Shown: positions 28,249 through 36,411 of the stretch, piece after piece
Layout of the letters: the number at the start of each line of letters is the position of its first letter
How positions within the stretch are numbered: position 1 is the stretch's first letter
Assembly (NCBI GenBank): GCA_964465185.1
Contig: CAYXKX010000001.1
Location: forward strand, 16,585-80,584
DNA from: an uncultured Chitinophagaceae bacterium
GTDB taxonomy: Bacteria; Bacteroidota; Bacteroidia; Chitinophagales; JADJOU01
DNA: 64,000 nt
Reading direction: 5' to 3'
Position numbers and translations under genes: made by a program
The notes under the pieces: model-generated
What the model saw: only the letters and a program-made list of their open reading frames with translations
Databases searched by the model: none
What the model was told of the DNA's origin: nothing

Positions 28249-30384
28249 TTACTTTTCTATGCTTATCTTATACTTCCTATTGGCAATCGAAACCCAATAA
28301 AGCCCATTGCTAAGATGAGATAAGTCAAACTGATTTTCTACTATAGTTTCTAAGTGTTTGACGCCTAAAACATCATAAACCTGAATCAAAACAGGTGCTT
28401 CCAACCCTGAAATATAAACCACGCCCAATGATGGAGAAGGATATAGTACAATTTCTTTTGAGGTCAGAGTATTAATCTTTACTGGAAGAATGGACACGGC
28501 TTTACTAGAAGAATTTTTACAACCATTGATATCTTCAACCTCGACCTTATAGTTTCCTGACGTTGCAATAAATAAAGTATTTCGGCTCGAGTCAAGTTTG
28601 ACAGAATTCAAAAACCATTGATATTTAGGAAAACCCGATGTTGCTACAAGTTGATTACTTGATTGAACAATATTTATCGACGGTGAAGACAAAAGGATCA
28701 AATTTAAATTAACTATACTGTCACAACCATTTTGTGCTTTGGATTTTGCTTGATAAGCACCCTGTTGTTTATAATATTTGCTGCCAAATAAAATACTATC
28801 TCCTGTGCATATTGATTTGGTTATAGATGACATTTTAAAGCTATTAATCATTAGAGTTAGAGATATAATGCTATCACAGCCTTTTGTGTTAGTCAATTTA
28901 TTAATATAAACTCCAGCACTTTTTAGATATGTATTATTGAAATAGAAGCTATCTCCCTGACATATTGTTTGAGTTAGCGAGATATTGGACGTTGAATTTA
29001 CTATTAAATTTAGTGTCAAAATACTGTCACAACCTTGACTACTGAGTATAGTATCTCGATAGGTACCCGAAGCCTTTAAATAGACATTATTAAAAAGGAA
29101 GCTATCTCCCTGACATATACTCTGACTTATGTTTGTAGTTTTTTGAGGAAAGACGACTAGGGTTAAGGTCTCGATACTATCACAGCCCTTTGCATTAACA
29201 AACGTGTCTTTATAACTACCTGATGTGTCGCGATTTTTTCCATTATAGAAATAAGACCGAGGTGAACAAATAGCTTTTGTGCGGCTTGAGAAGGTAGTGG
29301 CACAAGCCACTACAGCACAATTGACGTAATCTTGCATGGCATTTGTCGCAGATTCGTAACAAAGTGTAGTTTTCGATCCTTGATTTTCGGAAGCAATCTG
29401 AGCCGAATCAAAACCCATTATTCCCATATAGTATTTATACAAATCTGAGCGCAGAACAACCTTGGCAGTAAATGCTGCTGATGAAGAAGTGCGACACTCT
29501 AGTCCTCCATTGATAATATTGTTTGTGTGAGCGAATCCGTTGTTATACATTTTGTTCGCGCTATATTCTCCTGTAGCTGGAAGCCACAGATTGTGCAGAA
29601 CTTGATGACAAGAAGGCTTGGGACACTGTGGCATCATCCAAAACCAAATTGCCGATTTAAATGCTAAAACTCCATCCTTTTGTATGGTATCTGGATTGTT
29701 TAACAATACGTTTTTATCATTGAAAATAAATTTGCTAAACTGTCCGTAATTATAATTCCATGACAACTGTATGGGACCTCTACCATAATACCCTTTACTA
29801 GCATTTGGTGGATACTCTGCATGAGCTTGGGAATAGGAGCCAGCAGAGGTTGCGCTTGAATATCCTACCTCATGCACAAAATATAAACCCCATTGCGCAT
29901 AATCGCCTGAAGTGCCTCCTCCTACCGGAGTTTGCCAGCCCCCTGTTGTTTCCTTGGAAATATTAGCGAGAAAAGCAGCTAATTCTCTTTTGTTGTTTTG
30001 TTTAGAAACTCGATTGACAAAATCTTTAAAATCAACATAGATAACGGTCTCAGGTGCAGTATTCGCATGCCACCAGGCTTCTACATCAGAGTAATTGTAG
30101 GTTATATTGGTTGATATCCTTGTGACCGTTGTCAACTCACCCCATACACCGATTTTTTTGCGTATAGTAACCTTATAATCCGCCATTTCTGAAACAGCTT
30201 GTTTGAGATTGGCATATGAATAAAAATCCGTAGTATAACCCTGCGGGTGAGTGCCGAATGTGCCCGCTCTTTTCGGAAATAATGAATTCCATTGAGTTTG
30301 AGTGATAAGGCTGTCTAGGTTCGTGTTTTGAGCCATTAAACTATAGCAGACCAAAGTCAATAATAAAATAATCCTTTTTTTCAT
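28249..30384 (-). CDS. Secreted GH19 glycoside hydrolase (chitinase/lysozyme-like) with four Cys-containing repeat modules and a T9SS C-terminal sorting domain
   Basis: Signal peptide; GH19 signatures (LANISKETTGG, YYGRGPIQLSWNYNYGQ); four repeats of about 50 aa (ICQGDSF.FNN.YLK..G.Y.......GCDSI..L.L); C-terminal VLYPSPSLGVVYISG..LIQVYDVLGV..LSNGLYWVSI typical of T9SS type A CTDs. Confidence 0.85.
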   Translation of the reverse strand: MKKRIILLLTLVCYSLMAQNTNLDSLITQTQWNSLFPKRAGTFGTHPQGYTTDFYSYANLKQAVSEMADYKVTIRKKIGVWGELTTVTRISTNITYNYSDVEAWWHANTAPETVIYVDFKDFVNRVSKQNNKRELAAFLANISKETTGGWQTPVGGGTSGDYAQWGLYFVHEVGYSSATSAGSYSQAHAEYPPNASKGYYGRGPIQLSWNYNYGQFSKFIFNDKNVLLNNPDTIQKDGVLAFKSAIWFWMMPQCPKPSCHQVLHNLWLPATGEYSANKMYNNGFAHTNNIINGGLECRTSSSAAFTAKVVLRSDLYKYYMGIMGFDSAQIASENQGSKTTLCYESATNAMQDYVNCAVVACATTFSSRTKAICSPRSYFYNGKNRDTSGSYKDTFVNAKGCDSIETLTLVVFPQKTTNISQSICQGDSFLFNNVYLKASGTYRDTILSSQGCDSILTLNLIVNSTSNISLTQTICQGDSFYFNNTYLKSAGVYINKLTNTKGCDSIISLTLMINSFKMSSITKSICTGDSILFGSKYYKQQGAYQAKSKAQNGCDSIVNLNLILLSSPSINIVQSSNQLVATSGFPKYQWFLNSVKLDSSRNTLFIATSGNYKVEVEDINGCKNSSSKAVSILPVKINTLTSKEIVLYPSPSLGVVYISGLEAPVLIQVYDVLGVKHLETIVENQFDLSHLSNGLYWVSIANRKYKISIEK

Positions 30385-30398
30385 TTTCTCTTCACATT

Positions 30399-31361
30399 TT
30401 ACACTTTAAACTCCACCCACAATGGATAATGATCTGACATCATAAACGACAGCGCCTGTTTTGTTAATTTTCTGTTGGACAAGGCTTTGTCAACAAAATC
30501 ATAGTTTCCTCCCGTTTTATAAATTAAGGAAAGATTTGGTACTTTCTTGGAATCATTAAACCATGCTATTTGGTCATAATACTTCGTTTCATCAAATATG
30601 GATCTAGTTACTGTTTCATTTTGCAATTCTTTAGGTATAAACAATCCTTCTGAGATAAAGGTGTCGTTCAACAAATCACCTCTTTTTTCAATATTAAAAT
30701 CACCCAAGCAAATAAGATTTTGGTGATAAACATTTATGTTTTTTGCCCAATCTGACATCCATTTTGCAATTCCCTTTAGTTCATTGATTCGATCTTTTGA
30801 TGCCTTTCCATAGAGTATATGCAGAGTAACTAATATAAAAGTTTGATTATTTGATTTGAAGCTAACGCCATAGGGCGAGCGCACAAATTGCTCCGTTAAA
30901 GCATCTTCCGATGCCACTTTAGTCCATTCTTGTGGAACTACCAATTCACAAGCCAACCCTGACATTTTTACCCTGCGCATATCAAATATATAACCCATTC
31001 GTTCATCATTTCCTGCACAACCCCTATTGACATCCGTAATGATAAATGCCCAATGTTCACCCAAAATTTTCATAAGATCTCGCAAAGATTTTAAGTTGCC
31101 CTTTATCTCTTGAATAGCTACGACATCAAATCGTTTTATTATTTCCGCAATACAAAGCAAAGATTGGAAATCTCGCTTAGGGCTATCTTTTGCAAGAGAT
31201 TTTTCTTTTTCTGTGATATCACCAAATCCGCGTATATTCCACGTAGCTATCAGAAGATTTTTATCTAAAACCTTTGGTGGAATTTTAAGATCTAAGTCGT
31301 CGCACAAAAGCTTTAAGTCGTCGAGCGTGGCTGCTGAAGGAGTGTCTAAAATGTGTTTCAT
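30399..31361 (-). CDS. Endonuclease/exonuclease/phosphatase (DNase I-like) family protein
   Basis: EEP motifs IATWNIRGFG, VVAIQEI, GDFN and SDHYPLWVEF. No signal peptide is visible. Confidence 0.85.
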   Translation of the reverse strand: MKHILDTPSAATLDDLKLLCDDLDLKIPPKVLDKNLLIATWNIRGFGDITEKEKSLAKDSPKRDFQSLLCIAEIIKRFDVVAIQEIKGNLKSLRDLMKILGEHWAFIITDVNRGCAGNDERMGYIFDMRRVKMSGLACELVVPQEWTKVASEDALTEQFVRSPYGVSFKSNNQTFILVTLHILYGKASKDRINELKGIAKWMSDWAKNINVYHQNLICLGDFNIEKRGDLLNDTFISEGLFIPKELQNETVTRSIFDETKYYDQIAWFNDSKKVPNLSLIYKTGGNYDFVDKALSNRKLTKQALSFMMSDHYPLWVEFKV

Positions 31362-31466
31362 TTGACCAATTTTTTGTTGGGGGAAGAAAGGGGGTGTAGT
31401 TCGTCTTTGTTTACATTTTTTTTGTTTGCTTTTATAATCTTTTTTTCAATAGAAATTTTATACCCC

Positions 31467-33326
31467 CTATCTTCCTACATGTACCATAAGAATTGCAATA
31501 TCGCTTGGACTAATACCGCTTATGCGCTTCGCTGCGCCTAGAGTCTTGGGTCGGATTTTTGTAAACTTCTGACGCGCTTCTATAGAGATAGAGTTTACTT
31601 TATTGAAATCAAAATTGTCAGGAATCATTAATTCTTCGAGCTTGAGCGATTTATCTACGGTTTCTTGTTCCTTATGAATATACCCCTGGTATTTATGTTC
31701 GATCTCTGCGGAGGTGAGTGACGAGGAAGAAAAGCTCTCGAAGACTTGCTTAATTTTATCTATAGTCATAAGAGATTCTAGACTGACTTGCGGTCGAGTT
31801 AAAATCATCGCCAATGGCATTTGTTGCTTCAAATCTGCTGTACCAAGGTCCGCAAACAAAGAATTCATTTCATCCGGCGTCACCTTGGTGTCTTGAAACA
31901 ATTGAAGAATGGACGTTATTTCGGCTCTTCTTGCTTCACACATTTGACTGCGCTCTTCATTAGCTAATCCAATTGCTTTGCCAATGGGCGTTAGTCTTTG
32001 ATCCGCATTATCGCCGCGCAACAATATCCTATACTCGGCACGACTGGTAAACATACGATAGGGTTCGTCTGTTCCTTTGTGAACGAGATCGTCAATCAAA
32101 ACGCCAATATAGCTTTCATGACGACCTAAAACGAGGGGGTCTAAATCGTCGATATTTCTTGTAGCATTTATTCCTGCCAATAAACCTTGTCCTCCCGCTT
32201 CTTCATATCCTGTGGTTCCATTGATTTGTCCTGCGAAGTAGAGACCCTTAATTAATTTTGTTTGGAGAGAATTATCCAACTGCATAGGTGGAAAATAGTC
32301 ATACTCTATGGCATATCCTGGTCGGTACATTTTGGCGTTTTCGAAACCAGGTATTAAACGCAAAGCTTTAAACTGAACATCATAAGGCAATGATGTAGAG
32401 AAGCCATTGACATAAATTTCATTTGTATTCCAACCCTCTGGTTCTACAAATATCTGATGTCTTTCTTTATCTGCAAAGCGATTGATCTTATCTTCTATAC
32501 TTGGGCAATATCTAGGGCCCACCCCTTCGATACTTCCATTGAACATAGGGCTTCTATCAAAGCCTTCTTTCAGCGCTTCGTGCACGCGATCATTTGTATA
32601 GGTTATCCAGCAACACCTCTGTTCCTTTGGTTTTTCTGTATTCATAAAAGAAAAGCCATCAATGATTGGGTCACCTTCTTGAACCTCCATTTTAGAATAA
32701 TCTAAGCTTCGACCGTCGATTCTCGGTGGAGTTCCTGTCTTCATTCTTCCACTTTCAAAGCCAAGAGAAAGGAGTTGTTCGGTAATACCTGTTGCTCTCG
32801 ATTCAGCCGCCCTACCTCCTCCAAATTGTTTGTCACCGATATGAATTAGCCCATTAAGAAACGTTCCATTAGTAAGCACCACAGAAAGGGATTCTATTTC
32901 TATTCCCAGTTGCGTTTTTACCCCACAGACTTTATCTCCTTTGATTATTAAGCCAGATACCATTTCTTGGTAAATATCAAGATTGGGTGTATTTTCCAAA
33001 CTATACCTCCACATTGAGGCAAAGAGGTTTCTATCGTTTTGAGATCTTGGACTCCACATCGCAGGACCTTTACTTCTATTGAGCATTCGAAACTGAATCA
33101 TAGATTTGTCTGAAATGATACCAGACATTCCACCGAGTGCATCTATTTCCTTAACTATTTGTCCTTTCGCTACACCGCCCATGGCAGGATTACAAGACAT
33201 CTGTCCTATGACCTGCATATTCATTGTGACTAGCAGAGTTTTTTTACCTATGGTCGCTGCAGCATGGGCCGCTTCACAACCCGCGTGTCCGGCACCAACA
33301 ACTATGACATCGTATTTATCAAACAT
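31467..33326 (-). CDS. mnmG: tRNA uridine 5-carboxymethylaminomethyl modification enzyme
   Basis: FAD-binding N-terminus YDVIVVGAGHAGCEAA, and MnmG/GidA-like sequence along the full 619 aa. Confidence 0.97.
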   Translation of the reverse strand: MFDKYDVIVVGAGHAGCEAAHAAATIGKKTLLVTMNMQVIGQMSCNPAMGGVAKGQIVKEIDALGGMSGIISDKSMIQFRMLNRSKGPAMWSPRSQNDRNLFASMWRYSLENTPNLDIYQEMVSGLIIKGDKVCGVKTQLGIEIESLSVVLTNGTFLNGLIHIGDKQFGGGRAAESRATGITEQLLSLGFESGRMKTGTPPRIDGRSLDYSKMEVQEGDPIIDGFSFMNTEKPKEQRCCWITYTNDRVHEALKEGFDRSPMFNGSIEGVGPRYCPSIEDKINRFADKERHQIFVEPEGWNTNEIYVNGFSTSLPYDVQFKALRLIPGFENAKMYRPGYAIEYDYFPPMQLDNSLQTKLIKGLYFAGQINGTTGYEEAGGQGLLAGINATRNIDDLDPLVLGRHESYIGVLIDDLVHKGTDEPYRMFTSRAEYRILLRGDNADQRLTPIGKAIGLANEERSQMCEARRAEITSILQLFQDTKVTPDEMNSLFADLGTADLKQQMPLAMILTRPQVSLESLMTIDKIKQVFESFSSSSLTSAEIEHKYQGYIHKEQETVDKSLKLEELMIPDNFDFNKVNSISIEARQKFTKIRPKTLGAAKRISGISPSDIAILMVHVGR

Positions 33327-33336
33327 ATTCTTTTGT

Positions 33337-33397
33337 GTTCCACGTGGAACGTTTAATTTATTCTAATAATGATTAACACTCATGTTCCACGTGGAAC
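33337..33397. promoter_or_regulatory. Two copies of the 14-bp perfect palindrome GTTCCACGTGGAAC (candidate operator pair)
   Basis: Exact copies at 33337..33350 (11 nt upstream of the mnmG ATG) and at 33384..33397 (within the last codons of ybeY). The second extends to a 16-bp perfect palindrome, TGTTCCACGTGGAACA. Confidence 0.7.
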
Positions 33398-33824
33398 ACT
33401 TTCTTTTTATATATTTTAAATATTTATCTTCTTGCCTTCTCATATCTCTTTTCTCCTGTTTGGTTTCATCATTATAATCTGATAAGTGTAAAAAACCATG
33501 AATTAATACCCTATTTAATTCTTCTTTCAATGAGACATGATATCTTTTTGCATTCTTTTTAACTTGTTTTAAAGAGATATAAACATCTCCTGTTAATTCA
33601 CATGCTTGATTAGATAGGTCGAATGTTAAGATATCCGTATTATAATTATGATTCTTAAACTCTCTATTCATCTTTATTTGCTCTTTACAAGAAATAAAAT
33701 TATAATTTAAACTAACCATTCTATTTCCACATCTTTTTTTTATATATCTTGATAAGACATTCTTATTTATCAACTCTAAAACTTCACTCTTATATTTAGA
33801 CTTAGTAAAATTTAATTCAATCAT
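33363..33824 (-). CDS. ybeY: Endoribonuclease YbeY (rRNA maturation)
   Basis: Zinc-binding motif HGFLHLSDYNDE (HGxLHLxGYDH-type). I chose the ATG at 33824, which abuts the stop of the upstream gene; the track's 33854 start would overlap that gene. Confidence 0.85.
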   Translation of the reverse strand: MIELNFTKSKYKSEVLELINKNVLSRYIKKRCGNRMVSLNYNFISCKEQIKMNREFKNHNYNTDILTFDLSNQACELTGDVYISLKQVKKNAKRYHVSLKEELNRVLIHGFLHLSDYNDETKQEKRDMRRQEDKYLKYIKRKCSTWNMSVNHY

Positions 33825-33825
33825 A

Positions 33826-34572
33826 TTAGTAAAATAAATATTTACCAAATTCATTTACCTCTATAATTGGTAATTGCCTCTTCTTATCAAAATAATCATA
33901 TCCTTCTTTTAGATTGGTCCAGAAATCCAATATATCTTGCCGTCCGATAAAATAATCCTTTTTCATTTTATTAAAATTATTGACAGATAACTTGGTAGGA
34001 AATATATGAATAGGAATTTTATCTAGACCTACATACTTTGAATATAGGTTAATTAGATAAATAGATTCAATCAGTGTATCCGTCATTGGTAGACAGCCAA
34101 TAGTTTCACAACCACCATGAATATAAATATCTCCTCCTAATTCTCCCTGTGCACCCAGAATACTATCGCTTTTATTTGGGTACGACACTTTTAAGGATAG
34201 ATGATACTTGCTTTGCGGATTGAAATTTTCTATCGTATAAAAACCCTCAGGTATTTGAAGATCTCCTTGTTTACGCTTTGGTCCTAAATCTCCTATAGTC
34301 TCACAAATAGGCAAAGATTTAATCATTATGTATTTACCACTATCGTTTGAAAACGCCCATAATTCTAATACTTTATTCCATTTAAACGCGCGCCAAAAAA
34401 TCTTATCCGTAGGAAAATTAATCTTCTTTGCTGTAAACCAAGACTCAATAGAATTATATCGCTTCATGTTTGCTGATGCTACACGAGGTTGTTGTAGTTG
34501 ATTCGTAAACCAGTCCTGGGCATTAAACGTATTCGACATAAAAATTAAGCAAAGAATTAAAATATATTTCAT
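33826..34572 (-). CDS. L,D-transpeptidase (YkuD-like) family protein
   Basis: Signal peptide and the catalytic His/Cys segment IYIHGGCETIGCLPMTD. Confidence 0.75.
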   Translation of the reverse strand: MKYILILCLIFMSNTFNAQDWFTNQLQQPRVASANMKRYNSIESWFTAKKINFPTDKIFWRAFKWNKVLELWAFSNDSGKYIMIKSLPICETIGDLGPKRKQGDLQIPEGFYTIENFNPQSKYHLSLKVSYPNKSDSILGAQGELGGDIYIHGGCETIGCLPMTDTLIESIYLINLYSKYVGLDKIPIHIFPTKLSVNNFNKMKKDYFIGRQDILDFWTNLKEGYDYFDKKRQLPIIEVNEFGKYLFY

Positions 34573-34943
34573 AATACAAAATTAACAAGCTATAATATAA
34601 ATATAATTTATTTTTTAAAAAGAGAAAATTTAGAATTATTATTATTTATGTGAATTTAAGGATAACTTATGGTTTTAAGTATTGACTTTCTCATTGAACA
34701 CAAAATTACTAGATTAATCAACAAAAAAAATAATTGTAAATATACTGATTATTAGACTTTAACATAATGTTATATACAATTGTGGATTAAATGAAAAAGA
34801 ACAAGTTTTTTAGAGTGAATTGTGAGTTGGCATTTATAACAATAACAAATATGAGAAGATTAATGAGGATAAATAAAGAGATAAACTAATTAAAAAAATC
34901 GTTGTTTATAAGTGTATTTCAATTAATAACTTGTCCACGAAAA

Positions 34944-35246
34944 TTATCCAAATATGTTCATACCTGGAATATTAGGAATTACACTCTTTAGTTCACTGAT
35001 AATAAAGGTTTCAGACTCCTTAAGTGCGTTACTAATAGTTTCATGTAATAATTTCTCTTGGTCAAACTTAGAGAGTAGGGTAAAATCGTCGTGGAGGGAA
35101 ATCGACGTAATGTCTTTTTTTCCGTTCGTTTTAAGGGTTACTAAATTTTTTTCGTCTGAAAAAGTGAAAGATTTCTCTTCCACAGTCTTTTTCATCTGAG
35201 CCGCTTTTTCTTTGATTTCTCCTAACTTGGATAAAATGTCGAACAT
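34944..35246 (-). CDS. YbaB/EbfC-family nucleoid-associated protein
   Basis: 100 aa. The N-terminal helix (MFDILSKLGEIKEKAAQMKK), beta core and C-terminal helix pattern are typical of YbaB. Confidence 0.8.
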   Translation of the reverse strand: MFDILSKLGEIKEKAAQMKKTVEEKSFTFSDEKNLVTLKTNGKKDITSISLHDDFTLLSKFDQEKLLHETISNALKESETFIISELKSVIPNIPGMNIFG

Positions 35247-35271
35247 TTGAATTTATTTTAATTGTTTATTT

Positions 35272-36327
35272 TTATATTGAAGGATTGTACAAGTCCCCAC
35301 AGATTGTGTTTTCTCTAGCTCCTGTAACAGAAGCAAGTACATTGTATTTATTTTCTAAAAATCTCACTCCCATCAAAGACATAGCTAAAGCTTCCTTATA
35401 TTCAATTAGATATGAATCGATGGGTAAGGGGTTTAATTCTCGTTCTTTTAATATTTCTAAAAGAAAAAGGTTTTGAGCACCACCTCCAGTTATCAAGAGA
35501 GACTCTGAATCATCAACAAAAGAAACAATTTGGTCGACAAGATGCTCATAAAACGTTCTAAGAATATCATATGTAGATAAATTAGTTCGTTCACAAAGGG
35601 CGATTATTTCTTTAGAAAAACTATTGTCTAAGCTCTTTGGAAAAGTTAATTTAAAAAAAGGAAGTTGATTTAATGCGTTTAGTAAATCCAAATCTATAAT
35701 TCCCATTCTCGCAATTTGGCCATCTTTATCAAAAGGCAAACCCAATTTCTCGGCGAAATGATTGATGACTTGATTACAAACACCAATATCAGAGGAAATA
35801 ATTGTGTTCTCTTCTTTAATAGAAATATTCATAATACCGCCTAGGTTTAGACAATATTTTATCGCTGGAAAAAAAAGCAAATCACAAAGAGGAACAATAG
35901 GCGCACCTTGACCTCCAGCCATAACATCGCGCTCACGAAAATTGTTTATTAGGCGAAAACCAGAACGGTTAGCCAGGGTCTGACCACAACCAATTTGTTT
36001 AGTAATTCCTTTTTCAGGAAAATGAAAAACCGTATGTCCGTGCGAAGCAACAAAATCAACTTTTTCTATATTATTTTTCTCAATAAAAAGTTTACATTTT
36101 TCGCCCATCCATAGACCAAATTCTATATCAAGTTTAGACAAATTTTGTTCAGAAATTTCACGACAATTTTTTAATTGATTATAAAGGGAAGAAGAAAAAT
36201 TTATTGTAGACCCTGCAAGAATTTTATATGAATAAACGCCATCCTTTTCTGCTATTAAAGAATAGCAGATATCAAGTCCATCAAGAGATGAACCAGACAT
36301 TAGACCTAAAGAATAGAACTGTGCCAT
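35272..36327 (-). CDS. anmK: Anhydro-N-acetylmuramic acid kinase
   Basis: N-terminal GLMSGSSLDGLD motif and the ASKHA-fold C-terminal motif ITGGGAQN. Confidence 0.9.
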   Translation of the reverse strand: MAQFYSLGLMSGSSLDGLDICYSLIAEKDGVYSYKILAGSTINFSSSLYNQLKNCREISEQNLSKLDIEFGLWMGEKCKLFIEKNNIEKVDFVASHGHTVFHFPEKGITKQIGCGQTLANRSGFRLINNFRERDVMAGGQGAPIVPLCDLLFFPAIKYCLNLGGIMNISIKEENTIISSDIGVCNQVINHFAEKLGLPFDKDGQIARMGIIDLDLLNALNQLPFFKLTFPKSLDNSFSKEIIALCERTNLSTYDILRTFYEHLVDQIVSFVDDSESLLITGGGAQNLFLLEILKERELNPLPIDSYLIEYKEALAMSLMGVRFLENKYNVLASVTGARENTICGDLYNPSI

Positions 36328-36411
36328 AGTTTTAGAGAGCGCAAAGATAGATTAGAAAAAATATACCTGATTTATAATTCAAAAAAATGGATTAACAAAA
36401 GCATGTGTATT

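Noticed and set aside
28687-29271. Repeats of about 150 bp, considered as a possible CRISPR-like or other non-coding repeat array.
   Set aside because: The repeats are in frame inside the GH19 ORF. They are conserved at protein level (Cys and Gly positions) but diverged at DNA level, and there are no unique spacers. They are protein domain repeats.
34573-34943. Replication origin (oriC) in the AT-rich gap near mnmG (gidA).
   Set aside because: Only one 9-mer is within one mismatch of TTATCCACA inside the gap itself, and the others are weak or lie in coding sequence. There is no cluster of phased DnaA boxes, no adjacent dnaA or dnaN, and I cannot compute GC skew from this window. The evidence is insufficient to call an origin.
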